DNA of 64,000 nt from Octopus sinensis (Eukaryota), in assembly GCF_006345805.1 (NCBI RefSeq), contig NC_043001.1:131068001-131132000 (forward strand). Reading direction: 5' to 3'. Below, in pieces: positions 13,373 to 25,810 of the stretch. How positions within the stretch are numbered: position 1 is the stretch's first letter; the number at the start of each line of letters is the position of its first letter. A program made the position numbers and the translations under genes. The notes beneath the pieces were generated by a model that worked only from the letters and a program-made list of their open reading frames with translations, was not told the origin of the DNA and ran no database searches.

Positions 13373-14131
13373 GTATGTTTCAGAATTATTTCTAATAAAG
13401 AATAGTGATTAATTTCTTTTTTGTATTATTTGAATATTCTTTTCTTTCTTTTATAATAATTTTTATTTTACAATACCAACATGGAACTGCTGGTATTGCT
13501 TGGAGAGATCTGTGTATTTGCATATTTAAAGCTAATTTTTTTCTAGAATTTATTTCTTTATTATGTTCTGAGCCAGTAAAATTTTAATCTGGAAAGAAAT
13601 TTTCATTATATTTTGGTGATTATTAATCATTCATTAAATCGTGAAGTATTCCAATCTTAATTTTTACTACTGGGTCAATCTGTAGTTTTTTACCAATTGT
13701 GTTTGCAGACCAAATAATTCATTGTAAACCAAATTATTCTTGAAAAGCATATTCTATTATGAGTAAATTACATCATCCAAAATGCACATGCAACACTATT
13801 CTTTGTATGGGATCATATAATGGCAGCCTTTACTGTCTACAGGATGTTCAACAAAATAAAATATAAAATGACCAGCCATGGGCTACAAATAAAAATAATT
13901 TTTTGGATATACAGTTTTGTTACTGGTTTCTTTTATTCCTTTGAATCACCTCACATTGTCTTCTTGTTCTTTATCATCAGTGAACTGGCATTCTACCTGT
14001 TGCACTTTTCCATAATCTATTTCATGATCCTGAGATCATGAGATATAACTTCTTTCCATGCCTTATTCAGTTTCCTTCTTTTCAAAGGTGCCTTGTTATA
14101 CTTTATTCAACCAGCCTTTATTCTTCATACA

Positions 14132-14516
14132 GAGGCGCAATGGCCCAGTGGTTAGGGCAGCGGACTCGCGGTCATAGGATCGTGGTTTCGATTCCCAGAC
14201 CGGGCGTTGTGAGTGTTTATTGAGCGAAAACACCTAAAGCTCCACGAGGCTCCGGCAGGGGAGGGTGGTGATCCCTGTTGTACTCTTTCACCACAACTTT
14301 CTCTCACTCTTACTTCCTGTTTCTGTTGTACCTGTATTTCAAAGGGCCGGCCTTGTCACTCTCTGTGTCATGCTGAATATCCCCGAGAACTACGTTAAGG
14401 GTACACGTGTCTGTGGAGTGCTCAACCACTTCCACGTTAATTTCACGAGCAGGCTGTTCCATTGATTCGGATCAACCGGAACCCTCGTCGTCGTAACCGA
14501 CGGAGTGCTTCTATCC
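14132..14516 (+). mobile_element. tRNA-derived SINE family D (tRNA-Arg-like head)
   Basis: ggcgcaatggcccagtggttagggcagcggactcg...gtttcgattccc head. 12-bp TSD attcttcataca at 14120-14131 and 14517-14528. Confidence 0.9.
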
Positions 14517-14529
14517 ATTCTTCATACAC

Positions 14530-14760
14530 ATCATGTGTCCATACCAGTGCAGTCTTCTTTTCTGCCTGCAACAGTTAATTTTTCCTTATCCAGTCAGGCT
14601 AGCCTAATAGATCCAGAAAGCTTACTCACCTTGTGTCTTCCACCACTTACCCACCCTTCACATTCTATGCATCATTAGTGACTGTGTAGCTTTCCCCAAT
14701 GTACACAGCACTACATAATCTGCCCTTAACTCAGAGAGAAACTTTGTGCCTAACAGAGAT
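14530..14760 (-). mobile_element. Highly decayed RTE LINE fragment
   Basis: Minus translation contains QKRRLHWYGHMM, matching the RTE RRL.W.GH motif also seen at 52980. Confidence 0.45.
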
Positions 14761-15495
14761 AATAGTTTCCTGAACATTTCTCACCCTTTTTTCCTGTTAT
14801 GCTTTTGCCCCAATTGCTTTCAATACTGTGTGTCTTTATGTTTATGTTTGTCCCCCATCACTTCTTGACAACTGATGTTAGTTTGTTTATGTCCTTGTAA
14901 CTTAGTGGTTTGACAAAAGACACCACTAGTATAAGTATCAGGTTTAAAAAGGGGAAAATATCAGTACTCAGGTCATTTCATTCAACTAAAACCCCTCAAG
15001 GTGATGCCCCAGGAAGGGTGAAGTTTAATGAGTGACTGAAGTGAATGATAGAAGAACCATCTTCAAAGTGAAGGAACAATGCTTACTGTTCTCATTTATA
15101 ATCTATGAAATACAGGATATCTACTGTTAGAATTATCCTTTAAATGTTTCGTTCACTTGGCTGTCTTTTATAACCAACCATAGCTGTTACTTGCAAGCAA
15201 ATATGTACCGTGCTTTTACTGATTGATAAAGACAGCAGTGTCGGTGTGAGCAGACATAGACATCTTCTCAGTCTACTCATTCTTGATCCAGTGGAACATT
15301 CAGTGAGTGAAAACTGCAGGAAGAGATGGTTGCACCAATAGTCAGTCGGTACTCATATCATCCCAGACAAGAGCAGTGTGAAACAAAGTGCTTTCCTCAA
15401 GGACACAACATAATGAGCAGTCATTAACTTCTGACGGTGAACTGAAAACTCTCATTACTAAGTCAGGCATGAAGTTGGCTCACAAATACCTTTAA

Positions 15496-16103
15496 CCCTT
15501 TAGTGTTTAAACTGGCCAAATCCGGCCCAATATATTCCAGATGTTTTATATTCAACCTGGTGATATCTAGCCTCTCACACCTAACCTACAATGCCATTCT
15601 AAAAATAACAATCACATCATTGAAACCTCAAAGCTATAAGATAATCCAGGATTAATTCAAAACAATTTGAATGAAAAAGTATTACATTTAACAGAATAAG
15701 TGGCTGTGTGGTAAGTAGCTTGCTAACCAACCACATGGTTCCGGGTTCAGTCCCACTGCGTGGCATCTTGGGCAAGTGTCTTCTGCTATAGCCCCGGGCC
15801 GATCAATGCCTTGTGAGTGGATTTGGTAGACAGAAACTGAAAGAAGCCTGTCGTATATATGTGTATATATATATATATGTGTGTGTGTTTGTCCCCCTAG
15901 CATTGCTTGACAACCGATGCTGGAGTGTTTACGTCCCCTTCACTTAGCGGTTCAGCAAAAAGAGACCGATAGAATAAGTACTGGGCTTAGAAAGAATAAG
16001 TCCCAGGGGTGATTTGCTCGACCAAAGGCGGTGCTCCAGCATGGCCGCAGTCAAATGACTGAAACAAGTAAAAGAGTAAAAGAGTAATCTGAACACTAAA
16101 GGG
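15496..16103 (+). mobile_element. piggyBac-like MITE interrupted by SINE A (about 15700-16085)
   Basis: TTAA|CCCTTTAGTGTT left end and AACACTAAAGGG|TTCA right end. The MITE sequence resumes (tctgaacac) right after the SINE tail. Confidence 0.8.
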
Positions 16104-17139
16104 TTCAAACCACTGATCCATTGGTGTGCTGTGTCCTGCCTCTGCTTTTTCTGCAGTTATCACAATGGGCTTTGATCCTCTGAGTTGGCTTAGTCTCATA
16201 TACCTTCCAACTTGGCAAAGCAAACTTATTCTTCCTTTTCTGATTGTCTGTAATTCTTCTACACCTTATCTATTCTAGTTGCACTAACCACAACAAACAG
16301 TCCTTCTTCCCCAGAATATTGTTGACCTTCTAAGTTTCTTTTTCTGCCCATGTTTATTCCTGCAGCTGTTGATTTTCAGATACCTATTCAAGAGAACTAT
16401 TAACCATTTTGGTCTTCGTGGGGCAAAAATTGGCCATAGACACAGACCCTGCTTTCTGATCAAATCAATAAAAACAAAGAAAAAAGTACTGGTTAACATG
16501 GGTCTGTAAGAGGAGACACTTGCCCAGGATTTCATGTTAGTAAGCACACTTCTCAACCACACAGCCATACTTAAACCTGGCCATATAAAACATCATAAAG
16601 TCAGGAGGTATGAGAGGAGAATTTTTATTCATTTCACCATAAGATTACAGCTGTTTTACAACCTTCCTCATGTAGTATTCAATGTCTGACATTATGATTT
16701 TATATACCCCTCATGAAGTAATTTCATCAATCAGATTTTCTGAATTTTAACTCTCTAAGATGATTGATAATAGGAAAGGTATCCAACCATAAAATCCCTA
16801 CCATAACAGAGTGAAGCCTGGGGCAGTCTTCTATCTAGCCAGCCCCTGTCAAACTGTCCAGCTGATGCCAGCATGGAAAACGGGACATTAAATGATAATA
16901 ATAACAGATATTCTGCATCATACTTCTTTGTAGCTGAATTTATTATGTGGTCTGATAGCCGAGTCCAATGGAGCAGCTTACTGTAATAGCCACACAGTTC
17001 TCTGAATCAACATTTCATACTGCTCAGTTACAAACACACAGCTTCTGTCTATTGAATTCCCCTCACAAGGTATTGGTCAACCTGAGATCATGATGTCCAA
17101 TGTTTTGTGAAGTGAGATCATCCCTGTAACCATAAATAT

Positions 17140-17527
17140 GGGGGAAGCACTCCGTCGGTTACGACGATGAGGGTTCCGGTTGATCTGAATCAACAGAACA
17201 GCCTGCTCATGAAATTAACGTGTAAGTGGCTGAGCACTCCACAGACACGTGCACCCTTAACGTAGTTCTTAGGGATATTTAGCGTGACACAGAGAGTGAC
17301 AAGGCCGGCCCCTTGAAATACAGGTACAACGGAAACAGGAAGTAAGAGTGAGAGAAAGTTGTGGTGAAAGAGTACAGCAGGGATCACCACCATCCCCTGC
17401 CGGAGCCTCGTGGAGCTTTTAGGTGTTTTCGCTCAATAAACACTCACAACGCCCGGTCTGGGAATCGAAACCGCAATCCTATGACTGCGAGTCCGCTGCC
17501 CTAACTACTGGGCCATTGCGCCTCCAC
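17140..17527 (-). mobile_element. SINE family D
   Basis: Reverse-complement copy. 12-bp TSD aaccataaatat at 17128-17139 and 17528-17539. Confidence 0.9.
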
Positions 17528-18174
17528 AACCATAAATATATAGTTACAAAATTAACGTTTTGACTGTACAGCCTTGCCTGCATCATATATAGTATTTGTT
17601 TTAGACTTAGCTTTTACTAAGCTAATTTGTAGTTAATATAATTGCTCCATTAGACTTTGTCATCATTTTACTGTGTTGTTTTTGGAACTGTAAAAGGGTT
17701 TTGAAGCACTTTTAATTAACAAAGATAAATGGGAACAATGTGTAATTAAATAATTAATCCGTCTTATGTATCGTTAATACTTTTCTGGACTTTTGATCAG
17801 GGTTGAGTCATTAGATGAACATATTGTCATGAAACTATAATCCCTGCTAATAATAGGTCAAAGATAAATTACAGATACGTTTGAACTATGTATTGAGAAC
17901 CTCAAAGTCAGTGGGATTTTTTTCAAAAATGCGTGAGAATATGAAGGAGAAAATAATCAGGTGACATAGTACACCTGAAATGTTTACCATAAAGCTATAA
18001 GATAGTGTTATTCTAATGCAAGTTAAGATGAAATATAACTTAAGCAAAGACAGAATTAGAAATGTGCTATATTTCTTTCTAGTTATGTCTTTACTTAAAT
18101 TATATTTTTACTTGAAGTTGGTCGATTCAGTACCTAGGATTATCTGTTTTGCTGCTGTTTGCTATAAGAATATA

Positions 18175-18640
18175 TTTATTTATTTCTTTACTACCCACAA
18201 GGGGCTAAACGCAGAGAGGACAAACAAGGACAGACAAACGGATTAAGTCGATTATATCGCCCACAGTGCGTAACTGGTACTTATTTAACCCTTTTGTTAC
18301 CAACCCGGCTGAAACCGGCTCTGGCTCTGAATACAAATGTCTTGTTTTTATAAGTTTTGAATTAAAATCTTCCACCAAACCTTAGTCACAATTTATGTTC
18401 CTAACACTAGTTGAATGATAACTAAGTTATTTTACTAAATTCTTTGTTATATTTAAAGTAATTCAAAGAAACACAGAGCATCTCAATATAAATACAGTAA
18501 CAAAAGGGTTAATCGACCCCGAAAGGATGAAAGGCAAAGTCGACCTCGGCGGAATTTGAACTCAGAACGTAACGGGAGACGAAATACAGCTACGCATTTC
18601 GCCCGGCGTGCTAACGTTTCTGCCAGCTCGCTGCCTTAAG
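18175..18640 (-). mobile_element. SINE family B split by a piggyBac-like MITE
   Basis: B sequence at 18175-18288 continues at 18509-18640. Confidence 0.85.
18289..18508. mobile_element. 220-bp piggyBac-like MITE
   Basis: TIR CCCTTTTGTTAC/GTAACAAAAGGG with TTAA TSD (18285-18288, 18509-18512). Second copy at 39704-39925. Confidence 0.9.
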
Positions 18641-18799
18641 AATATATTTATTGCTTTCTGTTTGTACATGATGATGTTCATCATCATAATAATTATAAGG
18701 TAATGGATTGGCAGAGTCATTGAAGCATCAGAGAAAATGTCTTACTGTATTTGTTCTAGGTCTTAACATTTTGAGTTCAAATCCGTAAGGTCAACTTTT

Positions 18800-19125
18800 C
18801 CTTCATGCAACATACATCAACACATCTCCGTTCAAGCATCTCAACTATCTCGCCAGACCTACCTTTCAGTGTGCCAACGTTGAGGGTGCCCACCCTGAGG
18901 GTGTGGAAGGTATGGGCCCTAGAGGCCCAGGGACGGGGAGCAGTGGCGTCATGTACCTGAAAAGAAAGCTCGCATTTGGCAGAATTCATAAGCAAAGCAA
19001 TGATCTTAAGTTCAACCTGCTACACCACACTACCGTGTTTTGCGCCGTATGGTCACCACCTTATATAGTAGGGGTGGTATTGGCTTAAGGCCTTTAGGTG
19101 TTCATGGAAGAAAGCAAAGGAAGAC
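18800..19125 (-). mobile_element. RTE LINE 5' region (start of APE endonuclease)
   Basis: Translation HTLRVGTLNVGTLKGRSGEIVEMLERRCVDVCCMKE is the typical N-terminus of RTE ORF endonucleases. Confidence 0.8.
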
Positions 19126-19260
19126 AAATGTTTCGTTCACTTGGCTATCTTTTATAACCAACCATAGCTGTTACTTGCAAGCAAATATGTACCATGCTTT
19201 AACTGATTGTTAAAGACAGCAATGTCGGTGTGAGCAGACATAGACATATTCTCAGTCTAC

Positions 19261-19822
19261 GAGGAGATAAGGAGAAGAGGCTTGAATCCCATACCCATAT
19301 TGGAGTATGGGATTCAAGCCTCTTCTCCTTATCTCCTCAAAGACATACAGCATCTCGAAAGAGTCCAGAAGCTGGCTACCCGCATGGTTCATGGTCTCAA
19401 AAATTTGTCCTACGAAGAAAGGCTGAGGACGCTCGACCTTTATTCTCTTGAAAAACGCTGCCGCCATGGTGATCTCATTCTCGCCCACAACATCATAAGC
19501 AGAAAGTGTAACCTCTTGAAAGAGCTGTTCTTCACTCCTGCTCCAGAGCGTCGGCTGCGGGGTCATTCCGAAAAGCTCTACCTGCGATGATTTCATCTCA
19601 ATCGAAGGAGAGGAGCTTTCTCCGTCCGGGTTGCGGATCCGTGGAACAAGCTGCCAGACGAGATCGTGAAGATGCCGACGACCGCTTTGTTCAAAGCCTC
19701 CCTGGACCTCAAGTGGCCTGAACTCTTTACATGAACACCACCCTGTACTTAACTCCATGTCCCCCTACATGGCCTTGCTATTTGCTTTTGAGCCAAATTA
19801 ACTAACTAACTAACTAACTAAC
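19261..19822 (+). mobile_element. 5'-truncated CR1-clade LINE with 5' fold-back and (CTAA)n tail
   Basis: PILEYGIQASSPYLLKDIQHLERVQKLATRMV...LRGHSEKL*...AFSVRVADPWNKLP (one stop), followed by ctaactaactaa. Confidence 0.9.
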
Positions 19823-20145
19823 AAGATGAGATAAGGACTTCTGGTACAGGTGGAGGAGGTGGGAGGGCGGGCGCACCGCGCACTGGGAAAGATGGGGTAG
19901 AGATTTAAGCGACAGAAAGACAAGATTTGAGACGAAATGCTTTGCGATCGTGTGAATAAGTTTCTATGAGTGAAAGTTTATATGTTGTGGAGAAATGCTT
20001 CAGCTAGCATTTGAGACGAAAGACAATGATAATAAAAGGGGAAACAATAAGGCTTGATGGTGATAATACTTGCAAAAAAACAATGAAAGGAGGAAACAGG
20101 TCGGAAACTTAAAAATATCTTAGCTGGTATTTTTCATCCTGAGGT

Positions 20146-20190
20146 TCAACCCATGCTAGCATGGAAAGCGGACGTTAAACGATGATGATG
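20146..20190 (+). mobile_element. 3' tail of RTE-type element
   Basis: aacccatgctagcatggaaagcggacgttaaac(gat)n. The same tail occurs at 26040, 41455 and in decayed form elsewhere. Confidence 0.65.
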
Positions 20191-20899
20191 ATATATATAT
20201 GCACACACACATTTTATGAATGACAACTTCTTTCAGTTGCATCAATCAAATCCATTCTCAAGGCATTGGTCAGCCCGTGGCTCTAATAGGAGATACTTGC
20301 TGAAGGTGTCATGCAGTGCGACTGAACCCAAAACCATATGGTTGGGAAACAAGCTTCTTACCACACACCCATACCTGCACCTAGTTATGTAAAAATTTTC
20401 TCTTAATTTGTGTTCAAAACACCAGCTTAACAATGAAAAAGTTAGCCTTTTTAATTTTTTTTTAAATCTCTACAAATCTTGCATTACTTTAAGAATTAAT
20501 GGAAATATCCAGACAGATTATGCTGTTAGAGTTATTGTCATGAAAGTGTAAATCTGCATGTTGATGGAATATCATTGGTTACTTGTACAACTTGGAAAAT
20601 GTAATTATCACAGACAACATGTTTGCGGGTAAATTTTGCATATTTATTTGAAGTAAATAATATTTATACAAAGTGAAAACATAATTGAAGATTATGATTA
20701 TAGTGTGAAGAAAATGTTTGGTGTGGTTATATTTATTTATATATTTTAATATTTACTTCTTTTCCACAGGAGGTTAATTAGGATGTTTTTGTTTTGAAGA
20801 TTTAGTGATGGTTGTTGGGACACAAATTAGGACATTTGCATAGAATTGGTGCAATTTTTATCAACTACATATTCTACTAATTGGTTGTTTGTAAAGTAC

Positions 20900-21645
20900 A
20901 GGTATGGCTGTGTGGTAAGAAGCTTACTTCTCAGACACATCATTTTGGGTTCATTCCCACTACTCAGCACCATAAGTAAGTCTTTTCTACTACAACCCCA
21001 AGCTGACCATGTATGTGTGTGTGTATCTATGTATGTGTGTTTGTGTTTGTCACTACCACTGCTTGGTGATAGGTGTTGGTTCATTTATAGTCCCATAATT
21101 TAGTGATTTGGCAAAAGAAACTGATTATTAAGCATCAAGCTTAATAATAAGTGCACTAAACCATTCAATGTGGTCATCATCATCATTGTTTGACCGTGGT
21201 CGAGACAATGGAATTTACCATGCTACGCCAGACTTCACGGTCCATCATGGCATTACGGAGGTCCTGTTGCTGGATGCCTGTATCCCTGGAGATTACATCA
21301 GGGTAGGAGAGTGTGCGCCCTCTGGTATTGCGAGTGGATGGCTTCCAGAGGAGAAGAGTAGAAATTACTTCTTTTTCAGCACTGCAACAATGTCCAGCAA
21401 ACTGGACTCTCCTACCTTTCACAAGAGATGACACAGGTGGTAGTTTCCCATATATTTGCATTTTGGTTGGATGGCGCTTCCACAAGAGATTTTGAGCTCT
21501 CATAAGGAGGCGAGTGTAGGTTCCATCCAACCGCCTCTCAAGCTTCTTTGATAACGTCCAGGTTTCTGAGCCATATAGTAGAATGTGGTACTCCAGGATG
21601 GCCACAGTCTAATGACTAAAACAAGTAAAAGATAAAAGATAAAAG
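20900..21645 (+). mobile_element. Old SINE A split by an RTE LINE fragment
   Basis: Decayed A head and body at 20900-21166, tail at 21590-21645. Confidence 0.7.
21175..21581 (-). mobile_element. 5'-truncated RTE-clade LINE 3' end
   Basis: ILLYGSETWTLSKKLERRLDGTYTRLL...RRVQFAGHC...MMDREVWR open frame with (TGA)n tail. 8-bp TSD aatgtggt at 21167-21174 and 21582-21589. Confidence 0.9.
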
Positions 21646-21874
21646 CTACAAGTCTTTCACAATGATTTAGGGTAATAACACAGTAGTTGCAGTAGTGAGG
21701 TTTGAACTTAGGAACATGTAGTTACTAGTCCAGCACCATAACTACCAAGCTATTGTGTCTCATTTTATACTTTGGTACTTGACCTAAAACTGTATTCTTC
21801 CCATTTTAATTTTCTGACATGATTTATAAGCAATTGTAAGATGAATCTTCTCCAACAATTAGAGTATTTTTTTA

Positions 21875-22265
21875 TCGTTTGTCTTTTACTTGTTTCAGTC
21901 ATTCGACTGTGGCCATGCTGGAGCACCACCTTGGAGATTATTTTAGTCAAATGAATCAACCCCAGTACTTATTTTTTTAAATTTTTGTACTTACTCTATT
22001 ATGTTTGATTTTTTGCTGAACTGCTAAGTTATGGGAATATAAGCACACCAGCACCAGTGGTGGTGAACAAACACAGACACAAAGACACACACACATTGTA
22101 TATATGACAGGCTTCTTTCAGTTTCCATCTACCAAATTTACTCACAAGGCTTTGGTCAGCCTGAGGTTATAGTAGAAGATACTTGCCCAAGATGCCAAAA
22201 GTGGAACTGAACCTGGAACCCTGTGGTTGGGAAGCAAGCTGTTTACCATGCAGCTATGCCTGCAC
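21875..22265 (-). mobile_element. SINE family A (older)
   Basis: Diverged reverse-complement copy. Confidence 0.8.
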
Positions 22266-22325
22266 CTATCTGAAAAAACACAAAACTTTTTGCTACATCC
22301 TATAAATTTTGAAGTAAAAGTATTT

Positions 22326-22414
22326 TCAAAAGTTCCGCATACCGGAAGCCAGCAAGTGCATTCTCTCCTGATGACCCCATATACTTGCTGGCTTACAGTA
22401 TGCGGAGTTTTTGA
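22326..22414 (+). ncRNA. Candidate pre-miRNA-like hairpin
   Basis: 36-bp stem (30 Watson-Crick, 3 G-U, 3 mismatches on the + strand) with a 17-nt loop. No TSD is visible. Confidence 0.4.
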
Positions 22415-22675
22415 CTGGTAGCACTTGCATGTGCAAGTTGTTTGCGAGACATTTACCTGTGTCTAGGAAATTTATCATGGAATCCAGAAGCATCTTGCAC
22501 ACAAGGTGACATGCAATGGGACTAAACTTGAAAATTTGTGGAAATTTGCTTCCCAACCAGGTGTATTTGGGTTCAGTTCCACTGTTTGGCAAATTGTACA
22601 AGTGTTTTCTACTATTGTCCCAGGCTGATCAAGGCCTTAGAAATGAATATCTTAGAAACTTAAATAACTTAAAGG

Positions 22676-22836
22676 CGCAGGAGTGGCTGTGTGGTAAGTA
22701 GCTTGCTAACCAACCACATGGTTCCGGGTTCAGTCCCACTGTGTGGCATCTTGAGCAAGTGTCTTCTGCTATAGCCCCGGGCCGACCAATGCCTTGTGAG
22801 TGGATTTGGTTGACAGAAACCGAAAGAAGGCCATCG

Positions 22837-22867
<31 letters not shown>

Positions 22868-23095
22868 GTATGTGTGTTTGTGTGTCTGTGTTTGTCCCCC
22901 TAGCATTGCTTGACAACCGATGCTGGTGTGTTTACGTCCCCGTCACTTAGAGGTTCGGCAAAAGAGACCGATAGAATAACTACTGGGCTTACAAAGAATA
23001 AGTTCTGGGGTCGATTTGCTCGACTAAAGGCGGTGCTCCAGCATGGCCGCAGTCAAATGACTGAAACAAGTAAAAGAGTAAAAGAGTAAAAGAGT
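22676..23095 (+). mobile_element. SINE family A
   Basis: Full young copy with triple gtaaaaga tail. Confidence 0.9.
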
Positions 23096-23675
23096 AAGCC
23101 CATTGTATGTGAGTGTGTGTGTATTTTATCTCTCTCAATATGATATTTGTAAGTACATGTCACCATACAAATGGTGCCATTCATTTCCAGTCCTCTGCAG
23201 GCCATGGAGAAATATCTCCTTGCTTGGAAACAAGTGAGGATTGATTACAGGAATGGCATCCAGCCATAGAAAATCTAACTCGACAAATTCTGTCTGGAAA
23301 AGTGAACATGAAAATAGTGGTGTTGATGATGATGATGACGATGTGTGTATTGTTTTGTGGATTAAAATATTTTGTTACTGACAAACATGACTCAAGTTTT
23401 ATCTGTTCTACTGGCCAGAGTTGCCCTCTTTTGGGTACAGTATTCCACTAGTCATCTAATCTGATAAATAGGTTTCATCTTCACTGCATATAAATTAACA
23501 TTTATAACATTGACCTATAAACTAAAGCAATTCCGTAATTCAAGCTACCATCTAACTTTGCAGCCCCTTTTTGTATGTATTTGTACGGTGTCTGTATGTG
23601 TTCACAGTGTTATTTATGCTAAGTACAATTTATATAAAGTTAGGGCAACAATACAGTTCAAATAAGATTTGAACA

Positions 23676-24080
23676 TACAGGTGTGGCCGTGTGGTATGAA
23701 GCTTGCTTCCCAACCACAAAGCTTCAAGTTCAGTCCCACTGCATGGCACCTCAGGCAAATGTCTCTCCTACTATAGACTTGGGTTGACTAAACCTTTGTG
23801 AATGAATTTGATAGACAGAAATTGAAAGAAGCTCATCACATATATGTGTGTGTGTGTGTGTCATTGAGTCCGTGTTTGTTCCCTGCCACTACTTGACAAC
23901 CAGTGTTGGTATGTTTACATCCCCGTAACTTAGCAGTTCATCAAAAGAGGTCAATGCAATAAAGACCAGGCTTTAAAAAAATTAAGTAAGTACCGGGGTT
24001 GATTCATTCTACAAAAATTCTTCAAGGTAGTGCTGCAGCATGGCCATAGTCTAATGACTGAAACAAGTAAAAGATAAAAG
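23676..24080 (+). mobile_element. SINE family A (older)
   Basis: Diverged full copy with gataaaag tail. Confidence 0.8.
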
Positions 24081-24677
24081 ATACAAACAACCTAACTGAA
24101 AAACAGTTATCATCTCTTACAAACAAGTTAATGTTTGGCATTAAAAAGAACAGCAAGCCCATAAAACTCCTCAGCAATTCAACAACGCAACCATATGAAA
24201 TTACAAAACCATTAAAAGCTATGCTATCTGGGAAAAAAAAAATTGCATGTAAAGTCTTAAAATGTAGAGTAAGGTTTATAAATATTATGCTTTGTCTTGA
24301 GATGTAACTTTGCTTCACTTACTTCAGTCCACCTAACTAGAAGATATTTCCATTAAATTCAGTTTACATAGATAAAGATAATGTTATGCTGTCTTATGTT
24401 TGACATACACAGAGAAATGAATAAAATGCTGCTCTGGTTTGTTAGCTGAGAGCAACTACACTAAACTCTAAAAGTATTTCTTATCTGACTATTGTTAACG
24501 CTGATCTGAATATTTGCAAAACCTAAGTGATGTTTATTAAGGAAAATATTAGTGGAATACTTAGCAGGAGCAAATCAACTCCATATAGATTCTTAGATCA
24601 CACTAACAACTAAAGACAAGAGAATAAAAATCTAGAAAAATATTTCACCAAATGTAAACATTTTATCTTTTTTGAAG

Positions 24678-24714
24678 GACACTTTAGCTTCAATCTATTT
24701 GCATATATTGCTGA
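24678..24714 (+). CDS. Candidate 37-nt exon
   Basis: ttttatcttttttgaag acceptor and GTAAAT donor. Open frames read DTLASIYLHILL or (G)HFSFNLFAYIA. Confidence 0.2.
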
Positions 24715-25702
24715 GTAAATTGAAATTAGGTGTTCACCAGAAATTGAACGAAAACAAGAACAATGGACTTCCTAAAGAATGCTTAGATATATTTTCTTAG
24801 AAATCTGACATGTAAAGTAAATATGAAGATATTTACTTTATCTATGGCACTAGCTGCTTGTTTTAAACTGTTGACATTATGACATATCTGTCTTCTGAAA
24901 AACACACAGTGTATTCAGAAGAATTTTGTTGAATGTGTGAATTTTAGATTTATTTAATCTTTGCTTTTTACAGTGAAAGAAAGAAAGAAGAAAAAACAGA
25001 AGATAAATATTAGCATCTAATAACATGCATTTTGTTTTTACTTTTACACATTTTTTTCCTTCTTTCAATAACCAACCGATAAAATAATCATCAACAAATG
25101 GTTTACTAACTTAAGGTTAAGATTTCTATTTAAATATATAACCTTTTCATGTCTTTTTTGATTACATATGTTAGTAATTAATTGCTACATCCTCTCTTTG
25201 CCAGCCAGCTTCAGGCACAAATATCAACTGTGACTGACTGCCACGATGAATTTGTATCATTGTATGATTCACACTTAGAGTGAACTAAGTAGTTATACTA
25301 AAACTTTCTTTTTAATTTTTTCCCCACCATCACTGAGGTCAGTGAGGTTATTTTACTCAAGTGATTCTTGAAGATCAATACTACCAGCTAATAAAACACA
25401 AAGCAATTACACAGAGCACCTGCTGATTAAAACAAGGGAATGTATTTTATTACGATATCTATTTATGTACATATATAATTTAGGGCTATGAATGTGGATG
25501 GCGTGGATGGAAAAGTGTGATGTCTTACAGTTTCAAGTTTGGCGGCTCACTTTTTTCTTCAAATATTTCAATACAGTGGTCTTACTTCTCAATATCCATC
25601 AATATTGAAATATCCCATATAAGGTTTATTTTCAATCATATATCAATGATAATGTATCTGATCAACTGAAGCAGAACTATCTGTGAAGTTTTGAATATCA
25701 CC

Positions 25703-25752
<50 letters not shown>

Positions 25753-25790
25753 TGATGAAGATGATGATGATGATGATGGCAATCACTATT
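25703..25790. repeat. (AAT)n(GAT)n compound microsatellite
   Basis: Seen directly. Confidence 0.95.
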
Positions 25791-25810
25791 TTCACCTTCA
25801 CAATTATTCT

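Noticed and set aside
14134-14205. tRNA gene-like heads in SINE families A, C and D
   Set aside because: A/B-box-like motifs are present but there is no complete cloverleaf or T-run terminator, and they continue into SINE bodies with TSDs.
16100-16568. Minus-strand 94-aa and 78-aa ORFs as exon or transposase remnant
   Set aside because: No convincing motif or consistent splice signals; starts lie within SINE sequence.
18900-19125. HDV-like ribozyme expected in RTE 5' UTRs
   Set aside because: A tccccgt loop-like motif is present but no P1/P2/P3 pairing could be built by eye.
22366-22378. CTGATGA in the loop of the 22326 hairpin as a hammerhead or C-box
   Set aside because: No correctly placed GAAA or stem II, and no paired D-box or terminal stem.
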